This document shows, piece after piece, positions 34,201 to 64,000 of a stretch of 64,000 nucleotides of DNA. Positions within the stretch are counted from its first letter, which is position 1; the number at the start of each line of letters is the position of its first letter. The stretch spans positions 4,723,757 through 4,787,756 of the forward strand of contig MU054187.1 of NCBI GenBank assembly GCA_013239625.1. Reading direction: 5' to 3'. The translations under genes were made by a program, and so were the position numbers. Below the pieces are notes generated by a model, which ran no database searches, had not been told where the DNA came from, and saw nothing but the letters and a program-made list of their open reading frames with translations. The stretch comes from Lama guanicoe (Eukaryota).

Positions 34201-37200
34201 TGCCTTTTCTAGGATGTCTCGTAGAGTTGTACAGTATTTAGACTTTTCAGAATGGTTTCTTTGACTTAGTAATACGTGTCTAAGGTTCCTCCGTGTCTTT
34301 CCATGGCTGAGTATCCCATTTCTTTTTAGTGCTGAACAGTATTTTTTTCTTAGAGATTATCCAAGAAGTAATCCACTGGCTACTAGCTCCTATTAGCTGA
34401 GAGTTGGTGAAAGAATATTCAAAATTCAACATACTTTAAGTTTGTGGGTATACTTAAAATTATAAAGATTTTCATGCTGCATTTAATTTCAGTTTAGATT
34501 GTAACAAATTATGACACAATAAATATTAAAGAATGACTCGGTGACAAGCATATCAGAACATTTACAGTCTGAATGAGTAAAGTACTTTTTGTGCTCCTGT
34601 AGGCTTTCCTGATTGAAGTTAAGCTTCCGTCTCTCCAAGCATCTTCGGGACTTCTCTTAGCATTAACGTCAGGGCTAGGCTGTGGTACAGGTATAAGCTC
34701 CATCACTTAATTGACATATTGCTGATTAAGTGAAAAAAGGTATTAGAGGTGGATCGTACACCTGACCGCCCCCTAGTGACATACGGCTCTTAGAAAGTCA
34801 GATGTCTCTGTAAAGGAAAGAGGAGCGCCATCAGTGGCACACTGAGCGCGGCACGGGCTGGGAAGGCGGCCCGGAGAGGAGTTCCTGGCAGATACGAGTA
34901 GTCTTGGTAAATGTGCGCGTTGTCAAAGTTTCGGCAAGTTCAACAGTTACAAATTACATTACTTTACCATCGTTTTTAGTAAGTGATAAGGTATGTGTTT
35001 TGCACACTTTGTAATATTTTTGTGTTTAGTATAACGACCCCTTATACTTGCTAAAATGTAGATAGTCTCAGTGGGATGTGCTAAAATGGCAAAATAAATA
35101 TTAGCAACTTAGTAAGTATTTAAATTTTTAGGTGTCTTTCTGGTGTATGACTTTATGTAAATACGGTTGAGCTTTTTTCTTATGTAAATAAGATATTTTA
35201 AATTAGACTAATTAGCAACATAATAATGAAAATATAAAATGTGTGATCTCCCATTTTATAGTGCATTTTGAAAATACTAATCTGCAGTAGCACAACGAAG
35301 TATAAGGTTATAAGGTATGTAGATCGGTGCCTAGTCAGGTTTTAAATGACAGCATTAAATGTTTATAATATGAAATATATTTTTGACTTGTGGATTTTCT
35401 TTGAAACATATTGCTGAAGTGTTTGAAATTAAAATTTCTTGAATAAAACTAGTGTTTTTGAATAAAACTAGGTTCAATTTATACATTTTGTAAGTTTAAG
35501 TAAGTATTTGTATAGCATTGTTAGAATTGTTTTCTCTTTTTCAGGCTCAAACTGCCTTTTCTGCAAACCCTGCCAACCCAGCAATTTTGTCTGAGGCTTC
35601 GGCTCCCATCTCTCAGGATGGAAGTAGGTTTATCCTTTGGCTTCATTCTCCTTGAACAGAGGTACTTGCTGAAATAGGGAATCCCAAGATTTTCTTTAAA
35701 CATGCAGCGTAAAATTGGTGATTAAAGCTTTAGTGGTAAGAAGGAGAAATGTTTATTTCAAAAAATACCCCTTTAATCAAGAAAGTGAACTGTGAATATG
35801 AAGGTGTGTTTTGTAGCTTAATGAAAACTGAGTTACTTAAATGTTCAGTCCTCCTTAACTTATGAGTGATTCATTTATGAAAAAATTGAGCTTCCTGAAC
35901 TGTCCTGTGTCTTTGCAGGGGTGGGAGGTTGGTAGAGTGGAAATTTCCAACCACCTCCTTTTGAGGGAGCGTCCTAAATCCTGAAGTCTCCACCTTTGTG
36001 CTCCGTATCCTCTCTGTCCCTTACTGCTATGTCCGTAGGGGTTCCGGACAGAACCTCTGTTTGTAGATAATAAATAATATAACGTAAAATACAAAAGGAG
36101 TGTTAAGTAGGTTTTTATGGCATGTCATCTTATAACTATAACATTGTTTCTTTTAGAAAATGCATTTTAAGTCACAAAGCATATGAAAACGAGCTTTTGG
36201 AAGAAGTACTTAACTCTACTACTCAGTTAAATACTGTTAATATTTAAATGTACTGTTTCCAAGATTTCATTGGTATGTGGTTAACATTCTTAAAATGATA
36301 TGCCACTGAATAAATTTACAAGCTTTGACCGTTTTCTTGTAGCACAGAAGAAGCACCTTCCTAGCCGGGCTTACTGAATGAGTTACAGAGCAGCTGGCGT
36401 CACGGTGTAGGCTCTGGTCGATTGTTCTGAACTGGGGAGTCAGGAGTGTGCTTACAAAATTCCTCATCAAATAGGTGTATTTTAAGAAAAAGGAAAGATA
36501 AGATAATTTATTTGGAAAAATTATTTCTACTCTTAAATTTTTAGAAATCTGAGGTTTCAGTTCAAATGTCTTCATATTTTACTTTCACCTTTAATTTTCC
36601 TGTATTTTTCATTTCTGTCATTACAGAGATAGGATGGGATTTTCTAAATTGCTAATTTAAATTCATCCTAGATTTTATAAATTAAGTGTAATTTATTTAA
36701 ACACAAGTAGAAGTCCATAATAACAGTTTTTACTTTGAATATACTACCAATTTTTTTTTCTTTCTTCATTCATTCATTTATATTAGATCTCTATCCTAAA
36801 CTGTATCCTGAGCTCTCTCAGTACATGGGCCTGAGTTTAAATGAAGAAGAAATACGTGCAAATATGGGCATGGTCCCTGGAGCACCAGTTCAGGGGGTAT
36901 GTATGGTGTAATTAACTTTGAATTATATAAAATCATACCTTACACAGAGATACAAGCTAAGTCCTCTTTGTGACTAACTCACAGATTTATAATTTCAGCA
37001 TTGACCTCTTCTCAGGAATTTTAAACTGCCTTGTGGATATCACTTCTTACATAGTCTGCTTCCTTCTGTGCTGTTACTGGTTTTTTAATCTTTTAGAAGT
37101 TAACGACTCACATGCCTCTGACTAGTCCATTCTCCTTTGTCCTCTGCCATTAGTCAGTTACTAAGACCTAGTGATTTTGTTCCTAGTCTTCATGTTATCT

Positions 37201-40200
37201 ATTCCAGTCCTGCTATAATCCTCCCTATTCAGTTTCTGTTCTTCTAACCTAGGTTATTGTAGTATCTCTTATTTTTCCTCTAGTAGCTTCTTACATCTAG
37301 CAGCACTCAACTGCTGGTGGATGCATCATTCTCAAGTACAGGTCTGTCATATCTTGTTTTTGCTTATAATCTAACATTCTGAAGTCTCAATCTCCTTGTC
37401 ACGAGACCCCAGATTCTCAGCTTCAATATAATGTATCTCAGTTGTTAATACTATTGCTGTAAGACCACAGTACTTTGTAGCACTTGTTATAATTACAGTT
37501 AAGTGCTTAACTTCATGAAGACAGGGTCCATGTATGTGTTGTTGCCATGATGCCAGTGCTTCATGCAGTACCTGGCATTTATTTATTCACCAAATAGTAA
37601 TTGAAAACTTGCTTATTACATCAATCAGGGTCTAGTTGGGACAACAGAAGTCACACTAGATAGTTCAGCAGAGATAACTGAAGAAATCAGAGAGTTTGAA
37701 GAATTTGAAAAAGCAAAAGTGGAGCACAGATGCAATTGCAGAAAGTAGCTGCTTCTCCTAGGACCGGGGTTACACAGGGCGGAGGGTGGAGTTATCAGAG
37801 CCAAGCGGCTTAGTGGAAGAGCCCCGTGAGCTGGGCCTCTGACTCGGGACCTCCGGTACCTCTGAGGGGTTGCAGTGAGGCTGGTTCTGGGAGTAAAGTC
37901 CGGAGTATGGAATCAGGTGCTGGCAGCGGGGTTAAGGGCTGGGCCCTGGCAGTGCAGACGGGAACCGGAAGCGGACAGGAAGGAGCGAGCACTGGTCCCT
38001 CCTCCACACCTCAGTCTCCCTCTGGTGCCTCCTGTGGCGGATGCTTGCTAAGCAGCCCGCGGACCGAGGAGAGTGAGTGTAACTCGCGTAGTCTGAGCCC
38101 CAGCACCCCAGGCAGAGTCTGGGAGGGTGAGTCTGACAGAAGGTAGCTCAGCACCTGGCGCTGCCACTCCTTGGACTGCTCGATCTGTCCACATGCTTCC
38201 TTACAGTTCACAGCTTCCTCTTTAACAACTTCATGGTTTCCCCTTAAAAGATGCGACTCTTTGGTTGAGGAAAGGGTCCACTTAAAACAATAAGCCAGTT
38301 TGGGTCAAGAAAACTGACAAGAGGAGCTTGAAACACAGTGCCTGGCAGAGTCCCTGGTAGAGCTGTCCTGGGGCAGCTGGTCTGTCTGTGCAGTGGGCTG
38401 ATCCATAGGTATGTGTCAGAGTGGATGCGAAGTGATGCCGACTGTCCCGTGTGAGCCGGCACTCCCACAGCATGCACACGCCGTCCACACAGCGGCTGGG
38501 AGGTCAGAAGGTGGCCCCTTTTATAGAAACTCTGAAGGGTGAGTAGGTTGTTAAAGATCAGGGCCTAAGAAAGAACGCTCTGGAAGATGATGCGTGAGCT
38601 TCAGAAGTACGATGCGGCCTTTATAACGTCCATGGTAGTCTTTTTGAGTTGAAGACAAGCCAAAGTACACATGGAACAAATGTCTGAATTCATAGGGTGA
38701 CAGAGAGTCACTGAGTCCTGAAGAGGATACATCGGGAATAGGTTAGTTGAAGAATCAGTGTAAATAAACAGGGTCATTTCTGGAAAAATCAAACTTTCTC
38801 TGAAGGAAATAATTTGCAGATTACTTTTTGGGAAACCACAGCTGAATATATTTGAATAAATGAATGTTTCTAAATATTGACACATTGTGTATGTTTCTCA
38901 CAGCAGTTGGTAGCAAGACCTTCCAGTATGAACTATATGGTGGCTCCTATAACTGGTAATGATGCTGGAATCCGTAGAGCAGAAATTAAGCAAGGGATTC
39001 GTGAAGTCATTTTGTGTAAGGATCAAGATGGAAAAATTGGGCTCAGGCTTAAATCAATAGATAACGTAAGTATTTTTAATATTTATTTGAATTTGTCTAA
39101 ATAGCTTACAGGATCTTGAGTGATAAATGTTGGAATCATTTAAAATGTAAATGCTTTAATTAATTATAATGGTACATCCATAATCAAGACTATTTTAAGT
39201 CTGCTAACTTAAATTTTTCCACTTGGAGATGCCCTATTCTAAAGAGGCAGAGTTGGGACTCCAGCATTGCCTTCAGTGGATTTTTTTTTCTATTTTTTGA
39301 ACTCTTTTCCTGGAATAAAGCTCACTGGTCTGCATGTATCATAATACAGTTTATACCAGTAGAATTCTGGCACTGAAATAGGGCAACACATGTGGACGTT
39401 AAGACTGGCCAGTGAGGTTCGGTGGTCTTGTGTGTTTTTAAATTAAACGAAGCCCGTCTGCTAGTGATACGGCTTTGCAGGTTTATCATCTCCGTCCTTC
39501 AGGCTGAGTTTATAATAGGGCATTTTCTAGGCGACAGTGACTTTCCAAGTAGGGCGGCCGTTACTTTACAGTTAGTTTACTTCTCTCCTTAACCAGACTG
39601 AAGAAATTAAACTGGGACTCCCTGAGGGCACCTTTAGGATCGTTCAGGACGTGCTGAGTCTTTACCCCGGTCTGTGGTTTTACATGTTCCTTTACAGGAT
39701 TCCTTTTCAGTCTTTAGGTCTTGTTAGCTCAGTGTGTCCAGCCTTTGCACGTAGAAAATGATGACGTGGAAAATGGCGGAGGCTGATCCTGGCAGGAAGC
39801 CCCAGCGCCCCCTGCCTCCCCAGAGGGCTGAGGGTGTGTTGTCTTTGCACACTCATGGCTCGTGCAAGACACATCAGGGTGCTGCTCTGGGAAGCTCTGA
39901 CTTCACTGCTCTCCCTTCCTCTTCAGTGCCTGGAGTGTATGCCGCTCCTCTGCCGGTGTCTTTGCTGCTTCAGCTCTCTCCCAAGGAGAGAGACAAGGCA
40001 CTCTTCACAGCCCTGTCCCCCGGAGCAGCTGCGCTCGCAGTGGGTCTGTCCACGTGGCCAAAGCTCATGGGTCCCACCACTTTGCAGGGTGCCACCCAGT
40101 TTCCAGGTACCGCCCTGGAGCACAGGCCATGACAGCGTGTCACCCAGCTTACGGCAGTGGGAGGGTCCAGCCTTGTAGATGCGGTCACGCTGTGCCAGGC

Positions 40201-43200
40201 TCAGTCTTCCTTCATGCTTGTGCAGCTGTGTCCTGTTCAGTCCGAGGTGAGAGTTTATGTGAGAATATCCACGTGGGGCTAGTTCTTAGCTAATTGTTCC
40301 TGAGTTTTTTGTATTTCCTTCATAGCAGATTGTTAGGAACTGGAGTGGTGTTGAATGGGCCTACCTTTATAGGCTGTAAATCTAATCTTACTGATTGTGC
40401 ATAATTTAGCAAGTGGGTGAAGGAAGTCTTCATTTCAAAAGGTAGAGTTATGACCTTAACCTATAATTTTTTTGAACAGTAAAATGAAATTTCTAACTTT
40501 CCTCCTGAATAATGATTATGTGCTAATACCTGTTTGGTTTCTGTCAGACTCATAGCAGCTTTTATTATACATTTATTATAGTAGTCCTGCTTTCTTTCTG
40601 TAATAGTCTCTTTATTCCAAGATGGGGAGGGGATGGTTGAGGTTGGTCAGGTGGTTCATGATTTGAGGTAGAAAATAACCACAGAGCTCTTTTTTACCTA
40701 TTTCTTAGGGTATTGCATTGATAAAATTTTTAATTTCTTTCTTGGGAGCAATGACACACACATTCACTTAATTTTTCTTTTTTTCTTTTTAATTACTAGG
40801 GTACCTTCCTAACCTGAAGAGTTGGTTCCTAATTTTCCAGCATTTTAAAACGTGTAACAGTGGTGACTGGTTATTGTCTTGTTCTCTAGGGGGTATTTGT
40901 TCAGCTGGTCCAGGCCAATTCTCCAGCCTCGCTGGTTGGTCTGAGATTTGGGGACCAGGTGCTCCAGATCAACGGGGAGAACTGTGCAGGCTGGAGCTCC
41001 GACAGGGCACACAAGGTGCTCCGACAGGCCTTCGGAGAGAAGGTGACCATGACCATTCGTGACAGGTGAGCCGACGAAACAGTTCAAAGGGAAATTCAAG
41101 ACTCATTTTCCATTTTCTTGGGCTCTTAAGAGGCTATGAATAAAGTGTTTTGTTGCAGAAAATGATCAGATGTTACTGGTTAGCCATTTATAGTCTTGCA
41201 GTTGTGTGGTATCGATTCTTCTTACATAACTTGACTTCTTTTAGAAACAGCATTCTGGTTTTGCATACACTTTATTTCAGAGCTTACAGAAACTCGTCCT
41301 CTAAGAAGTTACTTTCCTGTCTTAAATCCATTTCTCTAGAAAAGAGAGAAAAACATTGGACAACTAACCAAGCAGCAGGGCGTCTCGGGCCGCACTGTCC
41401 AGTTTCCTGCTCAGGGTAGAGGCGCGGTGCCTGGGCCCCTGCAGAACTCCCACGGGGCCTCCGGGTTCAGAAAACCCAGCCTGGCCTTCGGGTGGTGCGG
41501 CTCTGGTGGTCCGGGTGGGAGGACGGAACGTTTTCTTCAGCCTGTGGCTCGTTTGTTACTGAGACTTCCAGCACATGTAGTACCAGCCCGCGCCTTCCTG
41601 GCCCCACAGGTGTTGAGGGTGGACCTCATCGCATTGTTAGCTTTGGGGGTTTTATTTGTCTCAGTTAAGCTTGTTCTACTTCTGTGTTTCTGCTCCTCTC
41701 ACGTGGTGGGTATTTAGTAAACATTTTATCGACGAATGCCATTTTTGCTTTGTATCTAAGGAAAATTTCAAATAACCTGTACCAGCAGGAAGATAGACTG
41801 TTCTGAATTTTATCACGTGACACTCATTTTGTTGTAAAGTCCGTGCGGTAACACGGCCGCGGAGTTGTGGGGAGTCAGCAGGTGTGGCCGGCGGGACGGC
41901 CATCCTTGTAACGTGCCTTCCTCCTGAAGGGGCTGAGGACTTCCATCTCCCTGGGTCTGTGGTTCTAAAATACAGCAAAAGTGCCCTCTATAAAGTTTTC
42001 AAACTTAACCTTTATAGAATTTTTCACATCTTTAAAATATTTCCTAGGAATAGTTTAAGCTCAGGAAATACTAAAAAGTTAATAAAAGATAAAAATTCAT
42101 TTTAATATTGATTTTTGTTCAAACTTATCTCATTCTTGACGTTAAATAACAGCGAATACTGTAAAGGAAAAGCATGAAGCAGTGTCTTAAGTCTTTGATA
42201 CTTAAAAGAAGAAAATCTTAGGCAAACGATGGAGAGGATTTTTTAAAAGTCTTTTATGTTAAGATGTTCTATGAATGTATAAAATCAGAGCTAAGTTGTA
42301 CTAATACCTACTGAGTTGCTCTTATTCAAAACGTAATGTAACAAAGTATCCAGTACGGCAGGTTGGAAATCCATTAAAATGTCTGCCTTGGAACTGAGTC
42401 TTTCCTTGACCCCACTACGTTCGCAGGCCCTTTGAACGGACAGTCACCATGCATAAGGACAGCACTGGGCATGTTGGCTTTATCTTCAAAAACGGGAAGA
42501 TAACGTCTATCGTGAAAGACAGTTCTGCAGCCAGAAACGGGCTTCTCACGGAGCACAACGTCTGCGAGGTCAACGGGCAGAACGTCATCGGGCTGAAGGT
42601 GGGGAGCAGAGCGCGGCCTGGCCTGCTGTGGCTGCAGCTCGTTTCCATCGTTCTGTTCTGAAGGTTCTGAAGGAGCTGTGGGGCCGCCAAACTGTGGTCT
42701 CTCGTTATAACGAGGGGGCTGCGTCTGTGCAGCCCTTCCAACGAGTTCTGCAGAGGCCTGAGCACTGAGGGTGCTGGCGACATTCTGAATGAGTGATTGC
42801 TTTTTTCAGTCTAGGAGTTGTAGGAAATGAGTAATAGTTCATGCTCATATTAGTGTTTCATTTTCAGTTTGTTCCCTCCACAAATACCTAAATAGGGCTA
42901 CTTTGAGGTCTAAAGGTCTTCGTAAAGACCTGCTCATCTCATAAGCTTTGGTTAAGAACACGCAGTTAGCCGAGGGGCTGTGGCAGCACTGTACGTGGGG
43001 AAATGTTTAATCTTCGGTAACGACAAGGCCGCCTGCACACAGATACACTCAGCTCAGCTTCCTTAGCAGTTTTGTTACCACCGATCAAATTGTGATTTTG
43101 TTGAATTAAAACCTGGAAAGGAAAACTAGAACTTACCGAGTTCCGAAGGTCAGGATTTTGGAAGAGGACATACATGGTCTTTACCAAGAGTAACTTAATT

Positions 43201-44329
43201 TTATATTTAATAAAGCCTCAGTGGAGTTCATTTTCATGATGTTTTCAACAGGACTCTCAAATTGCAGACATACTGTCGACAGCTGGGAATGTAGTTACCA
43301 TTACCATCATGCCTGCTTTTATCTTTGAACATATTATTAAACGGTAAGTAGGCGGTGCTTCATCTTGATGCTGCGTTCAGGCAACTTCACGTAAGCACTG
43401 CGCTTTGTTTTTTTTTGTCTAACGGATGACACTGGCATTATGTAGCAATTTGAAGAGAATTATTTAAATCAGAGTCAGTTGGTGAGGATGACCCCTCACA
43501 ACCCCTCAGGTCTGCAGTAAAATCCACCAGTAGGAAGAGGGTCCACGAGGAGAGGGGGCAGGCGCTCGTCCCAGTTTTCAGTGACGTGCGGTGCTCTGCC
43601 CGCAGCTCGTCTGCGCATGAGGGAGAATGCTTGCACGTGGGGTGTCTGGGGAGCGGTTTCGGTTCTCGAGCATCTCGGGGGCAGGAGCTGGGGGTGGGCT
43701 GTGCGTCCCCGGGACCTGGGAAGCCCGGGAGGGAGATGAGGACAGGGGCAGTCCGGGCCCCTACTCTAGAGCCTTGACATTCTGTTTTGGTGGAGTTCAG
43801 AATCTGCTTTGCTTGTGGAAGTAAAACTTAAAGGATTAAAAACCACCACCTGTAATATAATTTTTGTTTCAGCTTCTGGGTAAAATCAGCTGGCTGCTTT
43901 TCCAGGGTGGGTGGTGGGAGGGGGGAGTTGTCAGAACTAACCATGCAAGAGCTCACTTTTCTTAAACCAGTGATGAGGCCTCCCCACCCCCGACACTTCC
44001 CTCCAATTAATAACAGCGTTGTCATTTTGTTTTAAATTGGCCATCATATAAGGGTACAAGGACTCACCTGTAGCTTGTCTTGACTTTACCAGCCAGGATT
44101 CAGATAGTCTGTCACACTGGGTATTTGCAGACAGCTAGCTTACCCGAGACCCTCAGATCTAAACTCCTCAAAGAAAAACCTTCCCCCAGCCTCCCACTCA
44201 AAGCTGGCAGGTGCCGAGTTTGAGCTGGAGTGTTCCTGGCTCAGTGCAGCACTTAGTAACAGACTCTCTTGCAGGATGGCCCCGAGCATCATGAAGAGCC
44301 TGATGGACCACACCATCCCTGAGGTGTAA
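31247..44329 (+). CDS. SDCBP: Syntenin-1 (syndecan-binding protein), complete spliced CDS, 8 coding exons, 298 aa
   Basis: Exons 31247-31297, 35545-35623, 36787-36896, 38904-39065, 40890-41065, 42427-42598, 43252-43343, 44275-44329; all GT-AG with consistent phases; 897 nt. Translation [17 protein letters not shown]...two PDZ domains...[17 protein letters not shown] matches recalled mammalian syntenin-1. Confidence 0.98.
33830..34345 (-). mobile_element. Old L1 3' end in SDCBP intron 2
   Basis: tttaggttcacagcaaaattgaatggaaagt...ggcaaccactgat...ctccatagttttgcctttt...ttagtgctgaacagtatt. Confidence 0.7.
34764..34780 (-). promoter_or_regulatory. Candidate CTCF site in a small intronic CpG patch
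   Basis: gaccgccccctagtgac matches the reverse-complement CTCF core cgccccctagtgg with one mismatch; CpG-rich neighbourhood 34750-34930. Confidence 0.45.
35545..35623 (+). CDS. SDCBP: SDCBP exon 3 ([26 protein letters not shown])
   Basis: tttcag|gct ... gga a|gtagg; 79 nt. Confidence 0.96.
36787..36896 (+). CDS. SDCBP: SDCBP exon 4 ([37 protein letters not shown])
   Basis: ttag|at ctc ... ggg|gtatgt; 110 nt; two overlapping LYPxL motifs. Confidence 0.96.
38904..39065 (+). CDS. SDCBP: SDCBP exon 5 (QLVARPSS...GLRLKSIDN), start of PDZ1
   Basis: cacag|cag ttg ... aac|gtaagt; 162 nt; overlaps ORF 38877..39104. Confidence 0.97.
40890..41065 (+). CDS. SDCBP: SDCBP exon 6 ([32 protein letters not shown]...TIRDR), PDZ1
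   Basis: ctctag|ggg gta ... gac ag|gtgagc; 176 nt. Confidence 0.97.
42427..42598 (+). CDS. SDCBP: SDCBP exon 7 ([21 protein letters not shown]...NVIGLK), PDZ2
   Basis: cgcag|g ccc ... aag|gtgggg; 172 nt; overlaps ORF 42449..42661. Confidence 0.97.
43252..43343 (+). CDS. SDCBP: SDCBP exon 8 ([31 protein letters not shown])
   Basis: caacag|gac ... cg|gtaagt; 92 nt. Confidence 0.97.
44275..44329 (+). CDS. SDCBP: SDCBP last exon coding part ([17 protein letters not shown])
   Basis: ttgcag|g atg gcc ... gtg taa (stop 44327-44329). Confidence 0.97.
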
Positions 44330-45380
44330 GGGTCACGGCACAGCGGCACTCACGCAACGTCTCCAGTTCACTTCCTCGGCAACTTAACTTCACATTATGC
44401 ACACGAAGCTTTCTAGGAGCCAGAGAGCACATGCTGCATGAGGACCTCCTGTCTTACAGTAGGGCTGGGAATCTTGCAGCTTGATCCGGTATCTTGTTCA
44501 GACTCAAGATAGTTGTAGCCTTATCCTGGTTTTAGCGATGTGAAAACTTTGAAGATTTGCTGGCTTTTGTAGACTAGTGTCTTTCCTGGAAGCCTGGGCT
44601 GAGGAGGACCGATGCAGGCCCAGCTCTGTGTGAGAACCAATCACCTTTACCTTAGGAGCGAGTAGCGCTGTTCACGTGACTTCAGTTCTGTGAACACCTG
44701 CATCTTCACTGCGTTACCATAGCACATTTAGAGTGATTACCTTTCTTTGTAAGTTCTGTGTGTAAAACACCAATTAAGAATCACTTGTTTCATTCCAGGT
44801 CAGCATTACACAGTGTTCGTAAGCTTGCAAGAGAGAGTGTTGATTATTAAATTTTAACTACCTTCACTTAATATGCTTGAACTGTCGCCTTAACTACGTT
44901 AAACATTTAGAATAAAAGCCAAAATGTAACTATTGCTGCCTTTCTGAAGCCCACGTGCAGCTCTGCGTTCCGCTGAGATGCACACGTGCCCCGTGCAGCG
45001 CACCGGGGACTTTCTAGCCGTTGTGTAATGCACTTCTTCCTTCTAAGAGTTACTGCTATCACTTTCTGAGAAACGAATCACGAATCATCATGTATTTAAT
45101 GTAAAAAGTCTTGTACTAAATGGACAAACTTTGATTCCCTTTTTTCATTAGTAGATTAAGTGGGATAGTGCCTGGTTGTTGCAGTTCCACGTAACCTGTG
45201 ACCGAGCTGCTTTGTGCTGGTCTTAAGAGTGTTTTCCTGGTAATTTGTTCCATTTCCTGACCCCTTCCTGCAAACAGAATGACAGTGACACTGTATCCTG
45301 ATTTTTCCCCTTCTTTTTGGTTTATGCCTATTCTATTTTAATTAAAAATGTATAAATAAAGTTCAGTTTTAGTCTATTAT
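44330..45380 (+). other. SDCBP: SDCBP 3' UTR (3' end approximate)
   Basis: Follows the stop codon; AATAAA at 44911-44916, ATTAAA 45341-45346, AATAAA 45355-45360 followed by T-rich sequence. Confidence 0.75.
45341..45360 (+). terminator. SDCBP: SDCBP distal polyadenylation signals (ATTAAA + AATAAA)
   Basis: attaaaaatgtataaataaa with upstream U-rich tract, an internal UGUA and downstream T-rich element. Confidence 0.75.
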
Positions 45381-45881
45381 TGCATCTTTGGGAGCATTAG
45401 GCCTGGGGTAGCCACCCGCCCGGAGCCTGAGGAAAGCCCCCTGTGTTGACAGGGTCTGCGTGTCGGGAGGGGGCGTCTCCAGCTGTGAGGCCAGACGGCC
45501 AGGCCGAACGCTGGGCCTTCCGACTCCCCCTGACGACAGCCAGGCCCGCTAACGTTTAACGTCTAAGATGCACCAGTGTCTCTGCAGAGCACAGAAAATT
45601 TTAAAGCACAGTTTCTGTGGTTCAGAGGCTGACTGTAAAAGAGCCTCAGTGCTGCTGCTTCACAGCTCACCTTACCGGGAATACGGAAAAGCCAGTCAAG
45701 CAGGGCTTCAGTTTACCTCCCTTGTCCCGGGACTTGGGTCTGAAGGCAGTTCCGAAAGTGTAAGAATGGCATTTCACAACATGACGTGTGGCTTTCTAGA
45801 AGGACCAATCCTTGAAGTACCTAGTACTTTGTAATAAATCATTTTAAATAAGAAAAGGAACTTTCATTACAGAAAAATACT

Positions 45882-45887
45882 TTTAAT
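45882..45887 (-). terminator. NSMAF: Candidate NSMAF polyadenylation signal (ATTAAA on minus strand)
   Basis: tttaat on + strand, ~550 nt past the NSMAF stop, followed on the minus strand by U-rich gttccttttcttattt. Confidence 0.6.
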
Positions 45888-46438
45888 GTCATAGAAAAGA
45901 TGAGGATTTCACAGCTACCGTGGAGCAAACTGTCCTGTGCACAGAAGGCTGTTGTAAGACCTGCTAACCCTTCCCCACACTCTCAGACTCTGGGGGCAGT
46001 AGGTTATAGAAAGTAACCACTCCATGAAAACACCTCCCCCAGAGCCCGCTGGGCAGTGGCCGTGTGGACTAGGGAGACATGAGTGAGTGGGCAGAGCACT
46101 CACATCTCCTTGGAAAGTCCTTACATTGCTCAGTGCCTCCTGGAAACTGCCCCGGCTGGGTTAACATCACTGAGCTGTTCCCTCTGCCCCCAAATCCATC
46201 TTCTGACCATCATCGCCTGCCTTACAAACGCACGTTTACCGTGAATGCTGCCGCGTCCTCTGCCTGAGGATGGCAACTGATGGCTTTCAGTGAAGTCACC
46301 ACAATTTAGAAAGTTTAAAACCACAAACATCTCTTGTGTTAAAACTTCTAATTACTATAATTGCACATTCACCAGTTCATTTAAAGGTTTGGTTTAAAAA
46401 TACATTAAATCGAGTTCAATAATACTTGGAAAAGGCAC

Positions 46439-63772
<17,334 letters not shown>

Positions 63773-64000
63773 CTACCAATTAAACTTCTCTGTTTTTTGT
63801 CGGTTTCGTATGCATATTCTCCAACTATAAATCGGATTCAGCAATACACACAAACGTCCTAAGAACAGGACGTGTATCCCAGCTCAACTTCATGAAACCT
63901 CTGTTGGTGCTGAACATTGCTACTGATAACAGCATTTCTGAATCTGTGATTTCGTAATTCAAAATTGGCTGACCCAGGTCTTCCTGTATCTTCTTCCAAC

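Overview
Mammalian genomic DNA, very likely a camelid (camel/alpaca/llama), judged from five copies of a tRNA-derived SINE resembling the camelid Vic-1 family and lineage-type L1 3' ends. The window holds the complete SDCBP (syntenin-1) gene on the + strand: CpG-island promoter and non-coding exon 1 near 23.4-23.5 kb, plus 8 coding exons (31247-44329) totalling 897 nt = 298 aa + stop. It also holds the last 20 coding exons of the convergent NSMAF (FAN; BEACH + WD40) gene on the - strand (63697 down to the stop at 46439; 1995 nt, frame intact). The first 23 kb is intergenic and rich in L1, LTR, SINE, L2/MIR and DNA-transposon relics. I found no convincing new biological system. The best second-look items are a degraded COX5B retrocopy joined co-directionally to L1 in SDCBP intron 1, a tailless internal L1 fragment with a 16-bp TSD, two duplications with palindromic templated junctions, a sharp kb-scale GC3/CpG mosaic suggesting GC-biased gene conversion, tandem alternative splice sites, and closely opposed SDCBP/NSMAF poly(A) signals. 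Repeat family names and human comparisons come from recalled sequences, not database searches; boundaries of old repeats are approximate.
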